Assembly: GCA_025839675.1 (NCBI GenBank)
Contig: CP104013.1
Location: 810,001 to 842,000, forward strand
Source: Candidatus Lokiarchaeum ossiferum
GTDB taxonomy: Archaea; Asgardarchaeota; Lokiarchaeia; Sigyniarchaeales; Promethearchaeaceae
Direction: 5' to 3'
DNA: 32,000 bases
The notes below the pieces were generated by a model, which made no database searches, had not been told where the DNA came from, and saw nothing but the letters and a program-made list of their open reading frames with translations. This document shows, one piece after another, positions 1 to 8,633 of this stretch. The first letter of the stretch is position 1, and every line of letters starts with the position of its first letter. The position numbers and the translations under genes are program-made.

Positions 1-486
1 AGCATAGATAAATACGGTAATACAAGTTGTTCCTACGGGAATGATCCAAAAGAATATCCCCCCATAATATAATAATTGGTTTTCCCTTGGATCTTTCTCA
101 ATATGAGAAATTTGAGCATTTTTCTGACATTTTCGATCACAAGATCCGATTTTAGAAACATATTCCCCTATCAGAAAACTATAAACATTAATCATAATAG
201 CCATTCCAATCCAGAGATTATTATACCAAATTGGAATCAACATAGCCGGTAAATAGACAAGCAAAGTAACAGGACCATAATTGAAAGGTTGTGAGAATTG
301 TGAATTTCCCCAAGCAAGGAAATACTCTGATTTAGAATATGGATTTCGACCCCCCAATAATTCTTGGAGTGCTTGGTAGATTATTTCTGAAGCATCATTA
401 TAAACTTCATCTTCATTAACGTATATGAAGATTAGAAGCATAAGTAGTCGTACTCCCAATCCAATCAAAAAATAATCTTTGCGCAT
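1..486 (-). CDS. Integral membrane protein, N-terminal 162 codons only (runs off the left edge); possibly a GT-C/DUF2029-like glycosyltransferase
   Basis: Absent from the ORF track because there is no stop inside the window. The reverse complement of 486..1 starts ATG CGC AAA GAT and stays open in frame to position 1: MRKDYFLIGLGVRLLMLLIFIYVNEDEVYNDASEIIYQALQELLGGRNPYSKSEYFLAWGNSQFSQPFNYGPVTLLVYLPAMLIPIWYNNLWIG... It has hydrophobic segments, and a 'D..Y..A...L.G.NPY ... F.YGP' first-loop pattern recalled from GT-C/DUF2029 proteins. Confidence 0.5.
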   Translation of the reverse strand, partial: MRKDYFLIGLGVRLLMLLIFIYVNEDEVYNDASEIIYQALQELLGGRNPYSKSEYFLAWGNSQFSQPFNYGPVTLLVYLPAMLIPIWYNNLWIGMAIMINVYSFLIGEYVSKIGSCDRKCQKNAQISHIEKDPRENQLLYYGGIFFWIIPVGTTCITVFIYA

Positions 487-633
487 AATAGATTTCTCGA
501 ATAAATTGAATATTTGATCATTAATTAGATTTCTCGTTCAAAATCAAATCTAAAGTTACAAAAGTTTTTTGCTTATCATAAATTTAAGATCTTAGTAATT
601 ATACTCATAATCAAATAGTAAGTGGGAAATTGA

Positions 634-1260
634 ATGAATAATCCATCAAATCAAGCAAAAATTAAAACAAATGACAATCATACAGAAGAAGACCCTTCGG
701 AAATAATTATAGTAGAAGGGAAATTTAATGATAAAAAAGTCATACTCCCATTTTCCCTTACAAGCCAACAGCTATTTGATAAAAACTATTTTGGGACTCA
801 ATTACCAGATAAACAACTCGAATTAGAAATAGTTGAAGCTTTACTCTTGATAGAACGAAGTCGTTTGAAAGTTTTCAATGTTCAAAATCAAGAAATGACA
901 GCCGAACAAATTCTTGCGTTGTATTCAAAACATGATGAAAAAATCTGGGTCAAATATCTCGTATATCGAGATATTCGCCAACGTGGTTATATCGTGCGAA
1001 CGGGGTATGGTGAAGGGATAGATTTTCGAGTTTATCCACGAGGTTCAAGTCGAACCGTGGGTGTTGCGAAATATTTTATTTTCATCTTAGATGAAGAAAA
1101 TCCAGTTCATTTACAAAAGTTAGATAAAATAACCCAACAAACACTTAACTCACGGAAAGAACTTATATTAGCAATTGTAGATCGTCTTGGAGACCCTACA
1201 TATTATCAACTTGAACAATTTCAACTAAAAGAAAATACCAAAAAAGAAAAATTTTGGTAA
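634..1260 (+). CDS. endA: tRNA-splicing endonuclease EndA homologue (catalytic His position is Val)
   Basis: ATG at 634. It aligns without gaps to the recalled M. jannaschii EndA C-terminal domain: KYLVYRDIRQRGYIVRTGYGEGIDFRVYPRG ... SRKELILAIVDRLGDPTYY. The Tyr and Lys of the Tyr/His/Lys triad are present; the His position reads Val (codon 1063..1065). Confidence 0.8.
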   Translation: MNNPSNQAKIKTNDNHTEEDPSEIIIVEGKFNDKKVILPFSLTSQQLFDKNYFGTQLPDKQLELEIVEALLLIERSRLKVFNVQNQEMTAEQILALYSKHDEKIWVKYLVYRDIRQRGYIVRTGYGEGIDFRVYPRGSSRTVGVAKYFIFILDEENPVHLQKLDKITQQTLNSRKELILAIVDRLGDPTYYQLEQFQLKENTKKEKFW

Positions 1261-1322
1261 ACGACTCGCTGTAAATATTTTTTCACAAATTACTTTAAAC
1301 AAAAATAATGGAATGATTTAAA

Positions 1323-3050
1323 ATGCCCTATACCTTTTTACCCGATACATCTGTTATGTATAATCGCCGAATTCTTGAATTTATTGAAGATGGAGTGTTA
1401 GATAATTATCATCCTTCAGAATTGGAATCCGTTACTCAAGTAGAAGTCACTACGATTGTTCTCTCTCGTGTGATGTTATCCGAAATCGAAAATCAAGCAA
1501 ATCAAACAAAAGCTCAAGAAAATGTAGGTTTAGAAGTCCTTCACGAACTTTATAGACTCAAAAAGCAAGGAAAAATTTTAACTACCATCGTTGGAGAACG
1601 CCCAAAGTTAGAACAGATCAAACTTAATCCCGGAGGAGAGCTTGATGCATTAATCCGAGAAGATGCTTTAAAATCCAATTCAATTTTAATTACTGCAGAT
1701 GAAGTTCAGTCTTCAGTTGCATTAGTTCAAGGTATAGACGTTCTATATACAATGAATATGCCAGAATTAGATAATATCCAACCACATGAAGATCATGTTA
1801 AACAAATTCAAGATTTCTTTGACGATAAAACAATGAGTGCACATTTACGAGGACACTGCAAACCTATGGCTAAACGGGGTCGTCCTGGTGATTGGAAACT
1901 TGAGCCGATCAGCGAAGATATTATGGAACCTTCAGAAGTCGCTGAAATTGCCAATCGTATTATCCGAGATGCAAAAAACGATGAAAAATCCTTTGTTGAA
2001 CGAAATGAAAACAGTGTTTCAGTTATTCAGTTACGGAAATATCGGATTGTAATTTGTCGACCTCCTTTTTCAAACACCTATGAAATCACAGCAGTAAAAC
2101 CGTTAGTCCGTTTAACCCTCGCTGATTATGATCTCCCTCGAAAAATGTTTGATCGCTTAGATATCGCAGAAGGAATATTAGTGGCAGGCAATCCTGGAGC
2201 AGGAAAAAGCACATTCATCTCAGCGTTAAGTGATTTTTATTTAGAAAAAAATAAACTTGTGAAAACCATGGAAAGTGTGCGAGATTTGGATGTTTCGCCA
2301 GAAGTGTCTCAGTATGCACCCTTAAATGGAAGTCTTGAAGGTACATCAGATATTTTGCTATTAATTCGTCCTGATTTTACCATTTTTGATGAAGTGAGAG
2401 TAGAATCAGATTTTAAAATATTTGCAGACATGAGGTTGGCAGGAATTGGATTAGTGGGAGTCGTGCACGCATCCAAACCAGTTGATGCAGTTCAACGATT
2501 CATTCGAAGAGTAGAACTAGGAGTAATTCCAAACGTGATTGATACAATAATTTTTATTGATTCAGGAGAAGTCGCAGAAATCTTGAGTTTAGAAATGACT
2601 GTTAAGAAACCCAGCGGTTTTGCAGATCGAGATTTATCACGCCCAGTTATTGAAGTACGTAATTTTATGAGTAATGAGTTAGTGTATGAAATTTATGCCT
2701 TCGGTTCTGATGTTATAGTTGCCCCTATCGGTGGGTCAAAGCGACGCAACCTTTCCAATAAAAAAGGAAGTAAGTACAAAGGAATGAATGCATATGCTGG
2801 ACATGCAGAACAACAAAATCCATTTGAACGGATTCGTTGTCATGTATATAGAAGAAGTAAAGCCTATATTATATCAGTAGATCCCGCTTTTGCAAATTCA
2901 AACTTCAACTTCTATGCAGGAGACAGACTATTATTTAATGGGGCTTTGAATAAAATGGGAGAACTTTCTATCAAAAATAAAAGCCCAATGTATTCTCGTA
3001 TTCAAAAAGCGCTTCGAGAAGGAAAAAGAATTGAGGCATCTCAATCTTAA
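1323..3050 (+). CDS. Archaeal PIN-domain / PilT-like ATPase with C-terminal KH-like region (COG1855-type)
   Basis: N-terminal PIN-like segment (FLPDTSV ... LITADEVQ), Walker A GILVAGNPGAGKSTF, and Walker B-like TIFDEVR. The length and domain order are typical of the archaeal PIN-ATPase-KH family. Confidence 0.8.
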   Translation: MPYTFLPDTSVMYNRRILEFIEDGVLDNYHPSELESVTQVEVTTIVLSRVMLSEIENQANQTKAQENVGLEVLHELYRLKKQGKILTTIVGERPKLEQIKLNPGGELDALIREDALKSNSILITADEVQSSVALVQGIDVLYTMNMPELDNIQPHEDHVKQIQDFFDDKTMSAHLRGHCKPMAKRGRPGDWKLEPISEDIMEPSEVAEIANRIIRDAKNDEKSFVERNENSVSVIQLRKYRIVICRPPFSNTYEITAVKPLVRLTLADYDLPRKMFDRLDIAEGILVAGNPGAGKSTFISALSDFYLEKNKLVKTMESVRDLDVSPEVSQYAPLNGSLEGTSDILLLIRPDFTIFDEVRVESDFKIFADMRLAGIGLVGVVHASKPVDAVQRFIRRVELGVIPNVIDTIIFIDSGEVAEILSLEMTVKKPSGFADRDLSRPVIEVRNFMSNELVYEIYAFGSDVIVAPIGGSKRRNLSNKKGSKYKGMNAYAGHAEQQNPFERIRCHVYRRSKAYIISVDPAFANSNFNFYAGDRLLFNGALNKMGELSIKNKSPMYSRIQKALREGKRIEASQS

Positions 3051-3060
3051 ATTCATTTAT

Positions 3061-3090
3061 TGATCAAAAATCAAAAATAACAAAAAAAGA
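3061..3090 (-). terminator. Oligo-T tract downstream of the phosphatidyltransferase gene (archaeal-style terminator candidate)
   Basis: On the minus strand, directly after the stop codon, the sequence reads TCTTTTTTTGTTATTTTTGATTTTTGATCA. Archaeal termination commonly uses T-runs. Confidence 0.35.
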
Positions 3091-3882
3091 TCAATCTTCT
3101 TTTTTTTTCTCTTTCTTTAAACTATTAGCCGTTTTTATCCCCAAAGTAATGAACCAAATCCAAATCGGCCACAACATTAAAGTCATGATTAGAGTATAAA
3201 GAGATGTCTGCACACGGAAGAATGTAACTAAAATAGCTAAAATGGTGACAAAGATCCCTGTGAAAAGGAAAAGAAACTTCATTCCACCAGATTTTTTTCT
3301 TATCGTTTTACCAAACTTCAAACGATCAGACACATTGAACCACGCTAAAATAACCATAGCAATGGGAACAAAGTAATGCATAAAATAATTAAACCAATTT
3401 GGACCATTTGAAACCAAAGATGAAAGATAATCTGCAAGCATCAACAGGACTAAAATTGTAGCGGTAACTGGTACAGGTACGCCTTCGTAAGAACCCTTAT
3501 CTTCAGATACATTGAACCATGCTAAACGAACAATGCCTCCAACAATTAAGAGAAAAGTGGGAACCATCATTAACAACGGATGGTGACTTGCGATACCCAT
3601 ATCTGTTGTATCTTTCCCAGCATATGTGACGAATGCGATTATTGAGGGAGCAATTCCAAAAACAATAGCGTCGCTTAAGCTATCAAGCTGGATACCAAAT
3701 TCATTAAACTCACCAGTTTTTCGTGCAACATATCCATCCAATAAATCTGCAAAACACCCAGCAAAGATCATGAACATAGCCAATCGGGTAGCATCATATC
3801 CGATAGCGGCAATAATTGAAAAAACACCGCATAAAGTCCCCAATAAAGTGGCATAATCCTTCTTTTTTAATTCACTTAGCAT
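3091..3882 (-). CDS. pssA: CDP-alcohol phosphatidyltransferase, PssA-like (archaetidylserine/phosphatidylserine synthase type)
   Basis: Contains the family motif D-G-x2-A-R-x8-G-x3-D-x3-D in FADLLDGYVARKTGEFNEFGIQLDSLSDAIVFGIAPS. The protein is polytopic and hydrophobic. The 'LDSLSD..FG.AP' continuation is typical of the PssA subclass. Confidence 0.7.
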   Translation of the reverse strand: MLSELKKKDYATLLGTLCGVFSIIAAIGYDATRLAMFMIFAGCFADLLDGYVARKTGEFNEFGIQLDSLSDAIVFGIAPSIIAFVTYAGKDTTDMGIASHHPLLMMVPTFLLIVGGIVRLAWFNVSEDKGSYEGVPVPVTATILVLLMLADYLSSLVSNGPNWFNYFMHYFVPIAMVILAWFNVSDRLKFGKTIRKKSGGMKFLFLFTGIFVTILAILVTFFRVQTSLYTLIMTLMLWPIWIWFITLGIKTANSLKKEKKKED

Positions 3883-3980
3883 AGACTTCTCAATGGTAGT
3901 AAAACATCCTATCCATTAAAATTCAATTAATTTTGGTTTCTTAAAATGGGAACATAAGTTTTTTTTACCCAAGCAAACAA

Positions 3981-5366
3981 ATGAATAACCAAGTGAAAAT
4001 TATGGGAGAATCAGAATCCACCATTCATTATGAACCCGCCTCAAACAAGAAAATCTTGTTATATTCATCACCTCGATTTGGAATCAGTATTTTTATGGGC
4101 TTAATTGATATGGCCCTTTTATTTCTATATTATGATGTTTATAACTTGGATCCCGAACTAGTTGGAACTGGGTTGATGTTAGGGAAGTTTTCCATTGCAA
4201 TATTCCAATTTTTCATGGGATGGCTAAGTGATCATACCCGTACAAGATTAGGGAGAAGAAAACCCTATATTATCATTCTTACACCGATATTGGCAGCCTC
4301 TTTTATACTTTTACTTATCCCCGGGATATTTTTAGGTTCAACACCTTCGGAACATAATTTATTCATATGGTTCTGTGTGTTCAACTGTCTTGCGCAAGGT
4401 GCATATTCTGTAACAACTGTTTACCAATCTTGGACAGCAGAGCAATTTTCCGTAGACCAACGCCCAAAAGTTTCCCAATATCAAAATCTAATGAATTTTG
4501 TTGGAACTGCCATAGTAGTTTTATTTTCAATGTTAATATTGACAAACATTGAGGATGAATTTGTTGCAAATCCCGGTAAAATTCCCTCTGTATACTTGGT
4601 AAGTATAATCATTTTTACGTCGATTATGTTTCTATTCAATTTTCTAATAGTGATGAAAATACCTAAAGAAACTACCCCAGAGTATAAGACGAAAATGTTA
4701 GATGATCTTAAAACAATTCTTAAGAACAAAAATATGATCTTAGTTTGCCTAATGCAAGGGATTTGTTCTTTTACATGGGCTATGTCTCAAGGAATATTAC
4801 TTTCTTATACAGAAAATGTATTGAAAATTACGGATACACAATATATTATCGTTGCAGTTGCGATGATTTTGACCATGATTGGTGCACTATTTCTTTGGCG
4901 TAAATTCATGGCTAAAGTCGGAAAGAAAAAAACACTCTTGTCAATATTTTCAATGGCAATCGTGACTTTACCTTTGTCCCTGTTAGGTTATTTTGAATTT
5001 TCTACAACAATATTATTTGGATTGCCCTATATTATTTTACTCGCCATTTCATTAGGAGGATGGTATCTTTTTCCTTATATAATGTATGCAGATCTTGCAG
5101 AAGATGATCAAAAGGAGACTGGACAACTTAAAGCAGGAATTTATGCAGGATTTCCTTCCATTCTATTAAATATTTTCCAAGCCTTCTCTTTGAAATTCAC
5201 AACTTGGATTTTAAGTTTGGATCAACTCGTGCAAAATGCCCCCAATACTCAATATTTCAATGTAGGCTTATTATTGTGGGGTCCAATTGGGGCAATAATT
5301 CTGGTAATATCTCTAATTTATGCAAAAATTTTCATAAAATTAGATTTTGAATGGGAAAAAAACTAA
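3981..5366 (+). CDS. MFS transporter, glycoside-pentoside-hexuronide (GPH)-like
   Basis: About 12 hydrophobic segments. The loop 2-3 motif GWLSDHTRTRLGRRKPYII resembles the GPH-family D-R-T-x-S-R-x-G-R-x-R-P signature. Confidence 0.7.
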   Translation: MNNQVKIMGESESTIHYEPASNKKILLYSSPRFGISIFMGLIDMALLFLYYDVYNLDPELVGTGLMLGKFSIAIFQFFMGWLSDHTRTRLGRRKPYIIILTPILAASFILLLIPGIFLGSTPSEHNLFIWFCVFNCLAQGAYSVTTVYQSWTAEQFSVDQRPKVSQYQNLMNFVGTAIVVLFSMLILTNIEDEFVANPGKIPSVYLVSIIIFTSIMFLFNFLIVMKIPKETTPEYKTKMLDDLKTILKNKNMILVCLMQGICSFTWAMSQGILLSYTENVLKITDTQYIIVAVAMILTMIGALFLWRKFMAKVGKKKTLLSIFSMAIVTLPLSLLGYFEFSTTILFGLPYIILLAISLGGWYLFPYIMYADLAEDDQKETGQLKAGIYAGFPSILLNIFQAFSLKFTTWILSLDQLVQNAPNTQYFNVGLLLWGPIGAIILVISLIYAKIFIKLDFEWEKN

Positions 5367-5419
5367 TTTTTTATTCCTTCCATCCAAGGTAAATGATATC
5401 AAAAAACCAATGAACAAAA

Positions 5420-6076
5420 ATGTTAAACCCTCCTAGAAAATCTAAAGGCATTATCTATTATCTCCTAATCGTCCCAATTATAGTTGTTCTCACCATATTG
5501 CGCTTGTGGAAATATGTTTTATATGGATTTTTGGGAATTACTATCTTGGGATTCTTCGTATTTCTATATAATCGAAGAAAAGATATCGAATTTCACTTTA
5601 TCTCATTCATTTTAGGGAAAAAATCTTTTTTTTTTCTTCAAAAAAAAATTATAACCGATAAATTTCATGTTATACAAAAAGGAACTGTAAACCCTCGTAT
5701 ATTAAGTGAAATTAATATTAAATCACAAATATATCTCAAATCAGTTCTACGATTCTTAAATAAATATGACCAATTTTTAATCAATTTGCCTTCTTTTGTT
5801 CAAAAATTGATAAAAGATGCCTATGCAGACAATTTTTCAATTATAAAGATGGATAAAATTTACCAATATTATTCATTACCTACTACCCAATTGATTGACA
5901 ATCTTCTAAATGATCAAAATTTGGAAGAAAATCTTCAAGAACGAATAATTTATGAAATTAATTATGAAGAAATTTTGTTCTTAGAGAAAAATTTGCTCCA
6001 TAATCATCCAATCTTGGAAAAGATCTACCAACAACATAAAATAAAATTAAATAATGACTTTGAGATTCTCACGTAG
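5420..6076 (+). CDS. Hypothetical protein: two N-terminal TM helices plus a helical cytoplasmic domain
   Basis: ATG at 5420 and a 218-aa ORF. N-terminal hydrophobic stretches are IIYYLLIVPIIVVLTIL and YGFLGITILGFFVFLY. I recognise no family motif. Confidence 0.45.
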   Translation: MLNPPRKSKGIIYYLLIVPIIVVLTILRLWKYVLYGFLGITILGFFVFLYNRRKDIEFHFISFILGKKSFFFLQKKIITDKFHVIQKGTVNPRILSEINIKSQIYLKSVLRFLNKYDQFLINLPSFVQKLIKDAYADNFSIIKMDKIYQYYSLPTTQLIDNLLNDQNLEENLQERIIYEINYEEILFLEKNLLHNHPILEKIYQQHKIKLNNDFEILT

Positions 6077-6156
6077 TAATTCTAGTAATTAAAATTAATA
6101 AGTTAAAATCTGTAACTAGAACATTAAGAATAAAAATACTAAATTGGAGAAAAAAA

Positions 6157-6900
6157 ATGCCTCAAACAATTTATTGCTCCCAATGTGGAGATCCAAGCCC
6201 ATTAGGCCAAAGGTTTTGTGAAAAATGTGGATCAAGATTACCTACTTCAGATCCTATGGAAAACCTTCAAGAAACGCAGATACATCAAGGTAAAACAATT
6301 TATCAACAAAATTCATCCCAAACACCACCTCCAAGTAATAACTCCCGAGGATTGTTTGATCCTAATCATATGTCTTATGTATTGAAAGAAAAATATTGGG
6401 ATTTTGGAAGTGGTCCAATTTATGACGCAGCAGGAAGACAAATCGGAAGCATGAAACGAAAACTCCTCAGTATCCGATCTCGAATTGAGTTATATGAAGC
6501 AAATGGACAACTTGCTGGTGCAATCAATCGAAAACTAATAGCGATTAAACCAACCTATACATTGCATGATGAGTATGACAATAATATTGGACGGTTTGAA
6601 AAAACGCTTCTTAGTATTATTCATCCAAAGTTCTATCTAAAGGATACTAGCGGAAATATAGTTATGACGGCTCAAGGTGAATTTATGGGTTTTGATTTCA
6701 AAATCCGGAGAGGAACAAGTACTGATGATAGAGATTTAATAGCAGAGATTCGAAAAGCTGACAGATGGAAAGATGTTTTCTTTAGTGGAGCATGGGATTT
6801 TGGTGATACATATGGTGTTAGAATTCACAATCCCTCCGTAGACAGAAGATTATTAATCGGTTTCGTAATCGCAATCGATAATGTTTTGCATGATAATTAA
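6157..6900 (+). CDS. Zinc-ribbon + LURP-one-related/YxjI (DUF567, Tubby-C-like fold) protein
   Basis: The N-terminus CSQCG...CEKCG is a Cys4 zinc ribbon. The C-terminal ~170 aa match the recalled LOR/YxjI pattern, ending GDTYGVRIHNPSVDRRLLIGFVIAIDNVL. GGAGA lies upstream of the ATG. Confidence 0.7.
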   Translation: MPQTIYCSQCGDPSPLGQRFCEKCGSRLPTSDPMENLQETQIHQGKTIYQQNSSQTPPPSNNSRGLFDPNHMSYVLKEKYWDFGSGPIYDAAGRQIGSMKRKLLSIRSRIELYEANGQLAGAINRKLIAIKPTYTLHDEYDNNIGRFEKTLLSIIHPKFYLKDTSGNIVMTAQGEFMGFDFKIRRGTSTDDRDLIAEIRKADRWKDVFFSGAWDFGDTYGVRIHNPSVDRRLLIGFVIAIDNVLHDN

Positions 6901-6925
6901 TTTTTTTATTCCTTTTGTGATCCAA

Positions 6926-7495
6926 ATGATCGTTGAATACCATTTTACCCAGAACAATATCCAACATCAGATTAATCTCTTAGTAGGAGATATAACAGAT
7001 CAGAAAACCGATGCCATTGTAAATGCTGCAAATGAAGATTTAATATTGGGAGCAGGGGTAGCGGGAGCAATTAGGAGAAAAGGAGGATCTTCCATTCAAA
7101 AAGAATGTAATTCTCTCGAAAAAACGGCAACAGGATGCGCAAAAATAACAACTGCTGGTAATCTTAGTGCAAAATATGTAATTCACGCAGTAGGCCCCAT
7201 TTTCCACGATTATTCTCCTTCTGAAGCAATATATTTACTAAATAGAGCAGTGAATAATAGCTTACAAATAGCAAGAGATTATAATTTGGGATCAATCTCA
7301 TTTCCTGCAATTTCGACCGGAATTTATGGATTCCCCAAAAAATTGGCTGCAGAGACAATTATTGAATCGATTCTCGATTTCTTGGAGAAATCTTCTACCC
7401 GTTTGTTAATTCAAATATGTTTACTTTCCGAAAATGATTTTCACATTTTTCAACATGTTGCAAATAGATTCTTTAAAGATCGAGTTTTAATTTAA
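6926..7495 (+). CDS. Macro-domain protein (MacroD/YmdB-like ADP-ribose / O-acetyl-ADP-ribose hydrolase)
   Basis: Motifs: LLVGDITDQKTDAIVNAANEDLILGAGVAGAIRRKGG ... YVIHAVGP ... ISFPAISTGIYGFP. The track start at 6881 overlaps the upstream gene. The internal ATG at 6926 (MIVEYH...) is the more likely start. Confidence 0.85.
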   Translation: MIVEYHFTQNNIQHQINLLVGDITDQKTDAIVNAANEDLILGAGVAGAIRRKGGSSIQKECNSLEKTATGCAKITTAGNLSAKYVIHAVGPIFHDYSPSEAIYLLNRAVNNSLQIARDYNLGSISFPAISTGIYGFPKKLAAETIIESILDFLEKSSTRLLIQICLLSENDFHIFQHVANRFFKDRVLI

Positions 7496-7585
7496 AATCA
7501 AAAAGAATTTTTAACTTTTAGGTGAATTAAAGAAATATTTTAAGGAATAAAATCGACTTTATAAAATAAGGGTTTGATCTAAACA

Positions 7586-8626
7586 ATGGCAATTGATGAA
7601 GATTATAAGGATTTCCGATGTTATCAACTTACGGATGACGGAGAACGCGAAGAATTAGATGTGGAGTTAAAAGATGCTGAAAAACTCTTTAATAGTGAAG
7701 GAGTGTACTTATTTGTGCGTTTTGACTTACGACGTATATTTATATGGAAAGGTCCAAAATCACCTGTTCGAAAACGATTTATATCATCACGGGTTGGAAG
7801 TAAACTCCAAGAAGAATCATCTCAAGTTGGTATGCATCTAAAAATAGTGAGTGTAGATGCTGGCGATGAACCCATCGAATTTTTAAGGGCATTTAATACA
7901 AATCCGTATGAAATCAAAGAAGGAGAAAAGTTAGAGGATATGTATTATATCCGGAACGATGAACGTCGTAAAATGGAAGAAGAGAAATTGGCGAAGGAAT
8001 TAGAACAAAAATCAGGAAAGAAGAAAGAATACTGGAGCCCAATATTAGAAGAAGAAAAACGAATGAAACAAATGCAAGAAGCCAAAGAAAAAGCAGCCTC
8101 AACAGCCCAAGAAATTGCGACATCATTATCGTCTACACCTTCAAAGAAGAAAGATTTCACTCCAAAAGTAATTAAAAAGGCCCCCACTTCCAGAGCACGC
8201 GATTCTTTTTCCCCCAATAAAAAAAAATCTGGTCCTAATCGTTCAGAAGAAGAAGAACATGCAATATTAGATTTAATTTTAACTCATGACTGTCCTGAAA
8301 ATTTGGAACGTTTGAATATTATTATTGGAACCTCATTATTTAGTCCAAATAAAACCATTTCGTCTGTATTTGGGAAAACAGTAGAAGAAATTCAATGGGA
8401 TAGAGTTGGACAAATTCCCGACGGTAATATTGATATAGACACACATATGCTTCGAGCCTATTGTAAAAATAATCAAGTGGAAGGATTAGAGTTATTTAAA
8501 ACAAAAACGGACACAAATCAGGAGAGTACTGAAGAAACCCCTGTAAAAGACACAACGGAGAAAAACAAAACAAAGAAAAAAACTTCAAAGAAAAGAACTT
8601 TAAAGGCAATCCCAAAGGGAAATTAA
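7586..8626 (+). CDS. Gelsolin-domain protein: N-terminal gelsolin/villin-type domain, K/E-rich linker, unknown C-terminal domain, Lys-rich tail
   Basis: Residues ~8-105 (nt ~7607..7900) read FRCYQL...LFNSEGVYLFVRFDLRRIFIWKGPKSPVRKRFISSRVGSKLQ...KIVSVDAGDEPIEFLRAFN. This follows the gelsolin-repeat pattern (F..gDaYil...iy.W.G..s...e...a...a..l ... v.eg.Ep..Fl..F). The rest is low-complexity E/K sequence plus a ~90-aa domain of unknown family. Confidence 0.6.
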   Translation: MAIDEDYKDFRCYQLTDDGEREELDVELKDAEKLFNSEGVYLFVRFDLRRIFIWKGPKSPVRKRFISSRVGSKLQEESSQVGMHLKIVSVDAGDEPIEFLRAFNTNPYEIKEGEKLEDMYYIRNDERRKMEEEKLAKELEQKSGKKKEYWSPILEEEKRMKQMQEAKEKAASTAQEIATSLSSTPSKKKDFTPKVIKKAPTSRARDSFSPNKKKSGPNRSEEEEHAILDLILTHDCPENLERLNIIIGTSLFSPNKTISSVFGKTVEEIQWDRVGQIPDGNIDIDTHMLRAYCKNNQVEGLELFKTKTDTNQESTEETPVKDTTEKNKTKKKTSKKRTLKAIPKGN

Positions 8627-8633
8627 TCATTTT

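Noticed and set aside
2888-2897. TTTTGCAAAT palindrome inside the PIN-ATPase CDS, resembling the operator half-sites
   Set aside because: It is a single spacer-less occurrence inside a coding region. TTGCAAA-type words recur by chance in this AT-rich sequence (also near 4551, 7450 and 13490). Only the structured 19-bp triple at 29861..29990 is reported.
5626-5648. T10 run followed by an A9 run inside ORF 5420..6076: possible slippage, frameshift or pseudogene site
   Set aside because: The reading frame is continuous through both homopolymers (…KKSFFFLQKKII…), and there is no evidence of a disrupted gene. It is noted only as a potential sequencing-error or phase-variation hotspot.
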